From: a virus
Lineage: Duplodnaviria > Heunggongvirae > Uroviricota > Caudoviricetes
Direction: 5' to 3' (one strand)
Length of the DNA: 41,828 nt
Virus record (IMG/VR): IMGVR_UViG_2541047798_000006
In this document: in pieces, positions 32,319-40,547 of the stretch
Position numbering within the stretch: position 1 is the stretch's first letter
How the letters are laid out: every line of letters begins with the position of its first letter
Notes under the pieces: model-generated
Databases searched by the model: none
Told to the model about the DNA's origin: nothing
What the model saw: only the letters and a program-made list of their open reading frames with translations
Position numbers and translations under genes: made by a program

Positions 32319-32957
32319 TTAATCAAACCATGTTTTTTCATCACCTTTCGCTACTCTCAGGCTGACAGCAATCTGCTCAGGCACAATTCTTGAAAGCGAC
32401 AATTCAGGCAGGTCGTTGACATCAAAAAAATCAGCATCGAGTGACTCATGGCTGATTGACAGGCTGCCACCTACTTCTTCACAGAGAAAAATCAGCTTGT
32501 AAACATGCCAGGGTAAAGGCGGATGGCCGTGAAGATTACGATCCCAAACTCCCAATAGTTTAGTCACTCTGACTTTTAATCCGGTTTCTTCTTCGACTTC
32601 TCGACGCACAGCTTCAGAAGGTGTATCTCCAACATCTGCCCATCCGCCAGGAAGACTCCATAATCCATCTGCAGCCTCTTTCACCATCAGAATACGATTA
32701 TTACGCAGGATAAACGCACGCACATCTGTTTTGGGCGTCGCGTAACCCGTTTCCGATACATGAAACAAATCATTGCGGCTAATATCAAACTGCGAACTCA
32801 GCAGTCCAGCGGCAATTTCACGCAAGGCTTCATAGCGTTCCTTGTCAAAGACGTCTTTTGAATAGGTCAGGCCTGACTGCGCGAGGGCCTTTAGTCTCTG
32901 GGCAACAAAAATAAGCTTTTCTTGGGTCAACACTTCAGACATGTTTTTCATCTTCAT
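32319..32957 (-). CDS. NUDIX hydrolase with N-terminal extension
   Basis: 212 aa; Nudix box GGWADVGDTPSEAVRREVEEETGL; 23 nt upstream of the HAD gene on the same strand. Confidence 0.8.
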   Translation of the reverse strand: MKMKNMSEVLTQEKLIFVAQRLKALAQSGLTYSKDVFDKERYEALREIAAGLLSSQFDISRNDLFHVSETGYATPKTDVRAFILRNNRILMVKEAADGLWSLPGGWADVGDTPSEAVRREVEEETGLKVRVTKLLGVWDRNLHGHPPLPWHVYKLIFLCEEVGGSLSISHESLDADFFDVNDLPELSLSRIVPEQIAVSLRVAKGDEKTWFD

Positions 32958-33153
32958 TTATGTATTCAGAGTTCCTGTTAAGGATACTGCTCAATTCAAT
33001 GAAGAATAACAAATGCATCTGGCACCTGCTATGTCCGCTTCTGGCACAAAGCGGACAACCACGCCAGATCTACCCTGTGCCATGAAAAATGAGAATGTCA
33101 ATTCACTCCTGAACTAATGCTTTTTAATCTAGTAACGTCTAAAATACCTAACA

Positions 33154-33555
33154 TTATCCCTGATAAAATGCCAGTATGCGCTGCATAACTTCACTCATCC
33201 GGCACTCGCGACAGATTATGTTTAGGCGACTGTCGTAGCGACGTATTTCTCCATCAGGTAACGACCAGATAAGGTCCGGATCAACCACAGCTGTTTTCTT
33301 CACCTTTGCCCTCGATAGTTTTTTGCGGGCGTTTTGCCAGTCCTTACGCGCCTGTTCAGACGGGAATAACCCGTAGCCGGAGTTGTATACATCGCCACTG
33401 GCTACCAGCTCTCTGGCAAGAACGCTCATCAGATATCTAGTCGCACCTGTTTTAGCTTCCAGTTGCCGTAACGTCTCACGACCGCTCTGGCGCACGAGTT
33501 CCACCACCTGCCCTTTAATTTTTTCCCGCTCTTCTTGTGTAAAAACTTTTGCCAC
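33154..33555 (-). CDS. hypothetical protein (basic, CxxC motif)
   Basis: 133-aa ORF downstream of the replication gene. Confidence 0.45.
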   Translation of the reverse strand: MAKVFTQEEREKIKGQVVELVRQSGRETLRQLEAKTGATRYLMSVLARELVASGDVYNSGYGLFPSEQARKDWQNARKKLSRAKVKKTAVVDPDLIWSLPDGEIRRYDSRLNIICRECRMSEVMQRILAFYQG

Positions 33556-33595
33556 AAGTCCCCCTTAAAATTACCTCATGACCTGAAATCAAAAC

Positions 33596-34561
33596 TTATC
33601 CTCTGAAACCAGGCGGAATTTCTGTATCCGGTTCAGAAATATGATTCACACAACGCTGTACAGGTGAACGTCCCAGGCGGATGACCAGTTCGTCCCATTT
33701 TTCGCGGAGTTTTGACGGGCTCATGATGTTTTTTACCCAGAATGGATCCCGCTGTACCCGACCAAACATTTCGCAAATTTGTCTGTGGCTTCTGCCATCC
33801 AGCATCCGCATTGTGCGCACGTCATTGGCCCAGGCTGTCCAGTTAGGCTCTTTTGGTCGCATGATCTCTCCATCGTCGCTGGCAGCCTGTTCGTAAAGGT
33901 TCACGATCCGCCCCCAAATCCACTGCGCACACGCCAAATCCTCCCTGCTACCCCACTGGCGTTTTTTCACACTAAACACAACCGCGTCGGGGTTCCGGGT
34001 TAAAAAATCCTGTTCAGTCGTCTGCGGGTCCGGTTGCGAAGCTTCCGGACGAAAAGTGTTTTTATTCTCTGTAGTAATCTCTGTTGTATTCTCTGTAAGA
34101 TCATCAGGCCATTTTGACCCGATGACATTGGGTCGTTTTGAACCAATGGAGCGTTTCATTTTGACCTCTTCCATCGTGTCATTTTGACCTGATGGAGCGG
34201 CGCATTTTGAACCGATGGATTCGTTCAATTTGCCACCATCTAAAAGCTCGCTCCCATAGTTGATCGTGTAGAAATTGGTCATATCGCGCTTTGATTTATT
34301 GAGCTTTTCACAACGCAAAAGCCCCTGCGTTTTCAGACTTGCAAACGCGCGTTTTAACGTTGACTCTGACCAGAATGGGAACTGTTCCAGCCATTGTTCC
34401 GTTGTGTTATAAATCCAGCGAACACCATCACATTCCATACCGGAGTTGGTATCTCTCAACCAGTAGTGCAGTTGTTGCAAAACAATGGCTTCGTTTAAGC
34501 CGATTTTCATTGCCAGCTGCGTGTTTATAACCAGTGGGCGTTCAGCAAAAAGAAGACTCAT
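33596..34561 (-). CDS. phage replication protein (replisome organiser N-domain, DnaT-like C-domain)
   Basis: N-terminus ...MKIGLNEAIVLQQLHYWL...; start trimmed to the ATG at 34561. Confidence 0.6.
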   Translation of the reverse strand: MSLLFAERPLVINTQLAMKIGLNEAIVLQQLHYWLRDTNSGMECDGVRWIYNTTEQWLEQFPFWSESTLKRAFASLKTQGLLRCEKLNKSKRDMTNFYTINYGSELLDGGKLNESIGSKCAAPSGQNDTMEEVKMKRSIGSKRPNVIGSKWPDDLTENTTEITTENKNTFRPEASQPDPQTTEQDFLTRNPDAVVFSVKKRQWGSREDLACAQWIWGRIVNLYEQAASDDGEIMRPKEPNWTAWANDVRTMRMLDGRSHRQICEMFGRVQRDPFWVKNIMSPSKLREKWDELVIRLGRSPVQRCVNHISEPDTEIPPGFRG

Positions 34562-35051
34562 AATTCCATCCAGCTTTTTGTTGGTATTGCTGTCGATACG
34601 CAAGCTTGAAAGCAATTGCTTTTTCTATAAGTTCGTCAGTTTCACGATCTACAACGGCAGGATCTGCAAAAAGCAGTCCAGATTCCACCACATCGCCATA
34701 TTCTTTATTTAACCCGGCGATCATGTACGTAATACTTTTTTCACGATACAACCTGAAATCACTAATCCGGATAGCCTCCATAATTGCAGGCACTAGCGCT
34801 GTGAACTTTTCACGCTTATCCCTGGTGTCGATAGCCTTCCAGCGTTCGAATATCTTCACTCGATTAACGCTAAGCGCTCGCTGATCAACCGCGCCACCTT
34901 CATATGTGACACGCTGAACATCGATGTTCGGGCGCTCTTTCAAAGCCCAGAATGCTTCAGTGATTAATATCGTCGCCTGCTCCTGTGTCATTCCTGGTCG
35001 ACATATCCAGGCATCCAGAGCCTCACGAGCCTGTTCAGGAGTGATTTTCAT
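34542..35051 (-). CDS. YdaT-like protein (CII-position regulator)
   Basis: 169 aa; WKAIDTRDKREKFTALVPAIMEAI resembles the YdaT segment W..ET..REK...L.PAI (from memory). Confidence 0.45.
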   Translation of the reverse strand: MKITPEQAREALDAWICRPGMTQEQATILITEAFWALKERPNIDVQRVTYEGGAVDQRALSVNRVKIFERWKAIDTRDKREKFTALVPAIMEAIRISDFRLYREKSITYMIAGLNKEYGDVVESGLLFADPAVVDRETDELIEKAIAFKLAYRQQYQQKAGWNYESSFC

Positions 35052-35262
35052 TGTTCAACCGCCCCGTCCGCTTCGTCTTACGATATTCGTCATAAACTTT
35101 GGGATCATACTGAAGCTCCCCGCCAGATGCCTCCTGTAGACGCATCGCGCGACCTTCAGGAACCAGTATCCCCCAGGCAGCAACACTTGCCAGTCTCACT
35201 CCTGCGGCATTGGCAAGCTTTGTTTTGCTGCCAAAAAAAGTAATTGCGTCAACTTTAAGCAT
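35035..35262 (-). CDS. Cro-like HTH regulator (DicC/YdaS-like)
   Basis: MLKVDAITFFGSKTKLANAAGVRLASV...EGRAMRLQEASGGELQYDPKVY; divergent from the repressor; GAGGGGG SD. Confidence 0.7.
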   Translation of the reverse strand: MLKVDAITFFGSKTKLANAAGVRLASVAAWGILVPEGRAMRLQEASGGELQYDPKVYDEYRKTKRTGRLNNENHS

Positions 35263-35275
35263 CAAAGCCCCCTCT

Positions 35276-35293
35276 TGTTAGACTTTTCTAACA
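35276..35293. promoter_or_regulatory. candidate operator palindrome in the repressor/Cro intergenic region
   Basis: TGTTAGActttTCTAACA perfect 7-bp arms; related half-sites at 35786-35805. Confidence 0.5.
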
Positions 35294-35342
35294 TTATTGT
35301 GCGCGGGATACCTAAGTCAAGAAAAATTAGAATTACCTAACT

Positions 35343-35750
35343 ATGGATACAAGAACCCTAGGCCAGCGAGTTCTGGCGCGACGAAAAGAATTACGCTTAA
35401 CACAACGAGAAGCTGCGCGCCTCGCTGGAGTTGCTCACGTCACAATTTCACAATGGGAAAGAGACGAAACCCAGCCAGTCGGAAAACGATTGTTTGCTTT
35501 AGCGGATGCTCTGAAGTGCTCACCTACATGGCTAATGTTTGGTGATGAAGACAAGGCACCAGTGCCTGCACAAGAACTTCATGTGGAAACAGAGCTAACT
35601 CCCAACCACAAAGAATTGATCGAATTATTCGATGCTCTTCCATCTTCCGAGCAGGAAGCCTTGCTGTCTGAAATGCGCGCAAGAGTAGAAAACTTCAACA
35701 AACTCTTCGAAGAAATGCTTAAAGCGCGTAAAAATAAATCAATAAAATAA
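35343..35750 (+). CDS. prophage repressor, DicA-like (HTH-XRE, no S24 peptidase domain)
   Basis: 135 aa ...LTQREAARLAGVAHVTISQWERDETQPVGKRLFALADALKCSPTWLMFGDED...MRARVENFNKLFEEMLKAR. Confidence 0.8.
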   Translation: MDTRTLGQRVLARRKELRLTQREAARLAGVAHVTISQWERDETQPVGKRLFALADALKCSPTWLMFGDEDKAPVPAQELHVETELTPNHKELIELFDALPSSEQEALLSEMRARVENFNKLFEEMLKARKNKSIK

Positions 35751-35785
35751 CATTCTTTTCAAGTGATTAGTTGCGCCCACTCTTT

Positions 35786-35805
35786 TTGTTAGACCAACCT
35801 AACAA
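35786..35805. promoter_or_regulatory. second operator-like palindrome downstream of repressor gene
   Basis: TTGTTAG-accaac-CTAACAA; a third partial copy at about 35823-35838. Confidence 0.4.
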
Positions 35806-35918
35806 AAAACACTTGCCTCTCATGTTAGGTTATTCTAAATTACTTTCCATCAAGACACCGCACGGTGTTCTCAGCAAACAGTTCCGCTACCCCGGCGTTA
35901 AGGGGAAATGAGGTCAGC

Positions 35919-36074
35919 ATGGATACTATCGATCTTGGCAACAACGAATCTCTGGTATGCGGCGTGTTTCCCAACCAAGACGGCACGTTCACCGCGATGA
36001 CGTATACCAAAAGCAAAACGTTTAAAACCGAAGCTGGCGCGCATCGCTGGCTGGAAAGAAATTCAGGTGAGTGA
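35919..36074 (+). CDS. YdfA-like small protein
   Basis: 51 aa MDTIDLGNNESLVCGVFPNQDGTFTAMTYTKSKTFKTEAGAHRWLERNSGE. Confidence 0.6.
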   Translation: MDTIDLGNNESLVCGVFPNQDGTFTAMTYTKSKTFKTEAGAHRWLERNSGE

Positions 36075-36075
36075 T

Positions 36076-36204
36076 ATGGATTTCGACGCAATCATGGAAA
36101 AGGCTTACGAAGAATACTTCGAAGGCCTTGCCGAAGGCGAAGAAGCTCTCAGCTTCAGCGAATTTAAACAGGCGCTTTCCAGTTCGGCAAAAGCTAACAA
36201 CTGA
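36076..36204 (+). CDS. YdfB-like small protein (42 aa, not in ORF track)
   Basis: MDFDAIMEKAYEEYFEGLAEGEEALSFSEFKQALSSSAKANN read directly after the ydfA-like stop. Confidence 0.5.
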   Translation: MDFDAIMEKAYEEYFEGLAEGEEALSFSEFKQALSSSAKANN

Positions 36205-36358
36205 GAGGTTTATGATGGAATTGAGAGTTTGTTTCAAACTCTCAATAAACCAGAGGCAGGTAAGGAGCGTTAAATTATTGCTTGAAAGCAATAAGATCAC
36301 TCAATCTCACCGCTATAGGCATTCCATCTGAGCATGAGGGTACGCCAGAAAATATCGT

Positions 36359-36829
36359 TTATGTGCAAAACACAGTATGGATTTTCGTCGGGAAGGAGTT
36401 GCCCTTCCATGGGGAGCAAAATATTAGCAGATACCAGTTTTTTATATCAGAATCATTGCGTACAGCATGGATCACAGGATAGTTCCTCGATAATGCCGTA
36501 ATAAGAATTTTTTTCTGACCCGCAGTCAAGGAATCGATAACTGCATTGATATGACTGATTGTTTTTTGTTCTCTTGTATTGTTCCGGTGACTTCGCCAGA
36601 CCTTACGAAGAAATAAAGCTAAACGTTGGAGATTTATAGCCAGCACAAAAGAAAAGGCAAAAACGAATACCGGGTAAATATAAGGAATGCTGATTTTGTC
36701 TTGAACATACTCCGGTACAGAATCAGGCATAAAGAGCAATATCAAAACAAAGATAATAAGCATATACATAAGGCGCTCTAAGGGTTCGTTACTGAATAAC
36801 TTGCTCAACAAGCCGAATACATCAGGCAT
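36359..36829 (-). CDS. hypothetical membrane protein, antisense to the early-left operon
   Basis: 156-aa ORF, two N-terminal hydrophobic segments, AT-rich, GAGAG SD-like sequence upstream. Confidence 0.35.
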   Translation of the reverse strand: MPDVFGLLSKLFSNEPLERLMYMLIIFVLILLFMPDSVPEYVQDKISIPYIYPVFVFAFSFVLAINLQRLALFLRKVWRSHRNNTREQKTISHINAVIDSLTAGQKKILITALSRNYPVIHAVRNDSDIKNWYLLIFCSPWKGNSFPTKIHTVFCT

Positions 36830-37140
36830 ATTAATAACTCTCTACTGTAAGGGTATTAAAATGCTATCACAGACTCTCGCTGTAGGGGTATAGCCGAGAC
36901 CACCGAGCCTGAAGTGGTAAAAAGACAGGCACACAACACGAAAGCGCACGGCGAGGCTGTTAGTTCATAAATGGTCTGTCGTTAAATTTTCGTCGACCGT
37001 GCGCTTCCGGTTGTGGCAATCCGCGAAATGGCGCGGCGGTAAGTATGGCGGGGTTATTCCTTCCCCGTTGAGGACACCGGGTTGTCAGGTTGACCATACG
37101 CTTAAGTGACAACCCCGCTGCAGCGCCCTCTGTTATCAAT

Positions 37141-37198
37141 TTTCTGGTGACGTTTGGCGGTATCAGTTTTACTCCGTGACTGCTCTGCCGCCCTTTTT
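37141..37198 (+). ncRNA. dicF: DicF sRNA (ftsZ-targeting)
   Basis: tttctggtgacgtttggcggtatcagttttactccgtgactgctctgccgccctttttaa matches the DicF sequence from memory. Confidence 0.8.
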
Positions 37199-37372
37199 AA
37201 AGTGAATTTTGTGATGCGGTGAATGCGGCTGAGCGCACGCGGAACAGTTAAAACCGAAAACTGTGTTATGGGTGGATTCTCTGTATCCGGCGTTAATTGT
37301 TAACTGGTTAACGTCACCTGGAGGCACCAGGCACCGCATCAACAAAGTTCATTTGTAAAAATGGAGATAATT

Positions 37373-37594
37373 ATGATTGCTCATCACTTCGGAACTGATG
37401 AGATTCCTCGTCAGTGCGTGACTCCCGGTGATTATGTTATTCATAAAGGAAGAACATATATTGCTTCGGTAAACAACATTAAAAAACAACGGCTCTATAT
37501 TCGTGATTTTTCCACACAACACTGTATTAAGGAAACCATGATTAAAGTCTTCCTTGGTCGTGATGGTTTACCTGTAAAAGCAGAGTCATGGTGA
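37373..37594 (+). CDS. hypothetical small protein in the dicB position
   Basis: 73 aa from the ATG at 37373 (GGAGA SD); not similar to DicB as remembered. Confidence 0.5.
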   Translation: MIAHHFGTDEIPRQCVTPGDYVIHKGRTYIASVNNIKKQRLYIRDFSTQHCIKETMIKVFLGRDGLPVKAESW

Positions 37595-37717
37595 GCAGTA
37601 ATAAAATAACTGCCACAATACGACATTCAGCTTAATGAATACATCAGATTTGATTCTTATATGCCAGCAATGGCAGGGATTTGTTCACCCTTAAATCTGT
37701 AATGAGGTTAAAACAAA

Positions 37718-40192
37718 ATGAGTAAAGTCTTTATTTGCGCCGCCATTCCTGACGAACAGGCAATTAAGGAAGAAGGTGCAGTTGCTGTAGCCACTGCCAT
37801 CGAAGCTGGTGACGAACGCCGCGCCCGAGCCAAATTTACCTGGCAATTCCTGGAGCAATATCCGGCTGCTCAGGACTGTGCTTATAAATTTCTTGTCTGC
37901 GAGGATAAACCCGGCATGGCCCGCCCTGCCCTTGATTCCTGGGATACCGAATATATGCAGGAAAACCGCTGGGATGAGGGATCGTCTTCCTTTGTCCCGG
38001 TCGAACCAGAGCCGAATACAGAAATTGTTAACTTTAATCAGTTATCCGACGACAAACAGGCCGCTGTTCTCGTTAAGTTTGGCGCACATGAAAACGTCAC
38101 CGTGGATATGGTCATCAACGCAAGCGGGCTTCTTGGCGATGACGACATGATGACCTTTGACGGACACCTCGCAGAGGCAATTATCCGGACTAAAGAAATT
38201 AACGCCATGTATCCGGAACGTCAGATTGAATACATCAACGATGCCAGACGTGATTTAAAACCAACCGCCAAATGGCCCGACGTTCAGGCATATTTTCTCG
38301 ACCGTAAAAAACGCATGGAAAAGGAGCGCAAAGAAGGTGGTGCATATGCTTCTGTTGTTGATCTTGCCCGTGCCAGCGTCAACCGGCAGAACACTGAAAA
38401 CTCAGTAGCAAAAATCAACCCTGTCACTACTGCCATTCGTCGCGAATACAAGCAGACATGGAAAACACTGGATGATGAACTGGCCTATGCTCTGTGGCCT
38501 GGGGACATTGATGCCGGAAACATTGACGGCAGCATCCATCGCTGGGCAAAAAATGAAGTTATCGACAACGACCGCGAAGACTGGAAGCGTATCTCGGCAT
38601 CAATGCGCAAACAGCCTGATGCCCTTCGCTACGACCGCCAGACTATTTTTGGCCTTGTCCGTGAACGTCCGATCGACATTCACAAAGACCCTGTGGCACT
38701 GAACAAATACATTACTGAATACCTGACTACAAAGGGCGTGTTTGAAGATGAAGGAAGAAATCAGAGCGCAACTGATACTCTCTCGTCGCCAGTACCAGAA
38801 ACTGATGCAGTGGAAACGGCAATTCCGGACAACGAAAAAACCGAATGCAAAGTGGAAATCGAACCATCTGTAGAGCGTGAGGGGCCGTTCTACTTCCTCT
38901 TCACCGACAAGGATGGCGAAAAATACGGTCGCGCAAACAAACTTTCTGGTCTGGATAAGGCACTGGCTGCCGGGGCTACTGAAATCACGAAAGAAGAATA
39001 TTTCGCCCGCAAAAACGGTACATACTCAGGTTCACAACAAAATACTGGTGCATCTGACACGACCGCACAACCAGAGCCGGTAAAAGTTACCGCTGACGAA
39101 GTAAACAAAATTATGCAGGCAGCCAATATCAGCCAGCCTGACGCCAATCAGCTGCTTGCAGTATCACGTGGTGAATTTGTTGCAGGGATTAGCGACCCGA
39201 ACGATCCGAAATGGGTGAAGGGGATTGAAACCCGCGATTCTGTGAACCAGAACCAGCAAGAAACGGAACAGAACGACCAGAAAGCGGAACAAAACAGCCC
39301 AAATGCGTTACAAAACGAGCCAGAAACGAAACAACCTGAGCCAGTAGCGCAACAGGAAGCGGAAAAAGTCTGCACCGCCTGTGGTCAGACCGGCGGCGGC
39401 AACTGCCCTGATTGTGGTGCGGTGATGGGCGACGCAACATACCAGGAAACATTCGATGAAGAGAATCAGGCTGAAGTTCAGGAAAATGATCCGGAGGAAA
39501 TGGAAGGCGCTGAACATCCACACAAGGAGAATGCTGGCAGCGCTCAGGACCACGCCAGCGATAATGAAACTGGCGAGACGGCAGATTCCTTAATTGCGGT
39601 GAACGGTCATCACGTTATCACATCCACCAGCAGAGTGTGGCACCATCTGATGATCGACCTTGAAACGATGGGAACAAATCCTGATGCGCCAATCAACTCT
39701 ATTGGCGGTAAATTCTTTGATCCCGAAACCGGAGAGATGGGGCCGGAATTTAGCAAGACCATCGATCTGGATACTGCTGGCGGAGTCATTGATCGTGACG
39801 TCATTAAATGGTGGCTTAAGCAATCACGCGAGGCGCAATCTGCCATTCTGACCGATGAAATCCCGTTAGATGATGCACTACTGCAATTGCGGGAATTTAT
39901 CGACGAAAACTCCGGTGAATTTTTTGTTCAGGTCTGGGGAAATGGAGCCAACTTCGACAACGTGATTTTACGCCGTTCATACGAACGGCAGGGGATCCCC
40001 TGCCCGTGGCGTTATTGCAACGATCGCGATGTGCGCACAATCGTTGAGCTGGGAAAAACCCTGAACTTCGATGCCAGAACGGATATTCCATTCGACGGTG
40101 AGCGCCACAATGCACTTGATGACGCCCGTTACCAGGCAAAATACGTTTCAGCTATCTGGCAAAAACTGATCCCGAGTCAGGCTGATTTTTAA
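37718..40192 (+). CDS. large early-region protein with C-terminal DEDDh (DnaQ-like) 3'-5' exonuclease domain
   Basis: 824 aa; motifs MIDLETMG, WGNGANFDNVILR, HNALDDARYQ; central CTACGQTGGGNCPDCG zinc ribbon; acidic/Gln-rich linker. Confidence 0.7.
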   Translation: MSKVFICAAIPDEQAIKEEGAVAVATAIEAGDERRARAKFTWQFLEQYPAAQDCAYKFLVCEDKPGMARPALDSWDTEYMQENRWDEGSSSFVPVEPEPNTEIVNFNQLSDDKQAAVLVKFGAHENVTVDMVINASGLLGDDDMMTFDGHLAEAIIRTKEINAMYPERQIEYINDARRDLKPTAKWPDVQAYFLDRKKRMEKERKEGGAYASVVDLARASVNRQNTENSVAKINPVTTAIRREYKQTWKTLDDELAYALWPGDIDAGNIDGSIHRWAKNEVIDNDREDWKRISASMRKQPDALRYDRQTIFGLVRERPIDIHKDPVALNKYITEYLTTKGVFEDEGRNQSATDTLSSPVPETDAVETAIPDNEKTECKVEIEPSVEREGPFYFLFTDKDGEKYGRANKLSGLDKALAAGATEITKEEYFARKNGTYSGSQQNTGASDTTAQPEPVKVTADEVNKIMQAANISQPDANQLLAVSRGEFVAGISDPNDPKWVKGIETRDSVNQNQQETEQNDQKAEQNSPNALQNEPETKQPEPVAQQEAEKVCTACGQTGGGNCPDCGAVMGDATYQETFDEENQAEVQENDPEEMEGAEHPHKENAGSAQDHASDNETGETADSLIAVNGHHVITSTSRVWHHLMIDLETMGTNPDAPINSIGGKFFDPETGEMGPEFSKTIDLDTAGGVIDRDVIKWWLKQSREAQSAILTDEIPLDDALLQLREFIDENSGEFFVQVWGNGANFDNVILRRSYERQGIPCPWRYCNDRDVRTIVELGKTLNFDARTDIPFDGERHNALDDARYQAKYVSAIWQKLIPSQADF

Positions 40193-40261
40193 TGTTCAAC
40201 CATCGCCGGTTGTAACTGGTATTCTGCAACCGGCGCTCATCTGAAGTAAGAGATAAAAGCA

Positions 40262-40513
40262 ATGAGCGAAGTAGTCATGATTGTCTCTCCCGGTAAATGG
40301 GTATCCGAAGAACAGCTAATTGCACTGAAAGGAATAAAAAAGGGAACGCTAAAAAAAGCCAGGGAAAAATCGTTTATGGAAGGAAGAGAGTATAAGCATG
40401 TCGCCCATGACTGTATGCCATGGGATAACAGCCCATGCTTTTACAACCTGGAAGAAATTGACCGCTGGATTGAGCGCCAGGCATTAGCAAGACCAAGACG
40501 CCATCTTACTTGA
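40262..40513 (+). CDS. xis: excisionase-like small protein
   Basis: 83-aa ORF immediately upstream of the integrase. Confidence 0.45.
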   Translation: MSEVVMIVSPGKWVSEEQLIALKGIKKGTLKKAREKSFMEGREYKHVAHDCMPWDNSPCFYNLEEIDRWIERQALARPRRHLT

Positions 40514-40547
40514 CTAAAAGCCACACTAACCAATGAGAGAAGCTGAA

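Noticed and set aside
36071-36331. 86-aa + strand ORF overlapping ydfB-like
   Set aside because: Different frame across the better-supported 42-aa ydfB-like ORF; only its last 39 codons (from 36213) might be a ydfC remnant.
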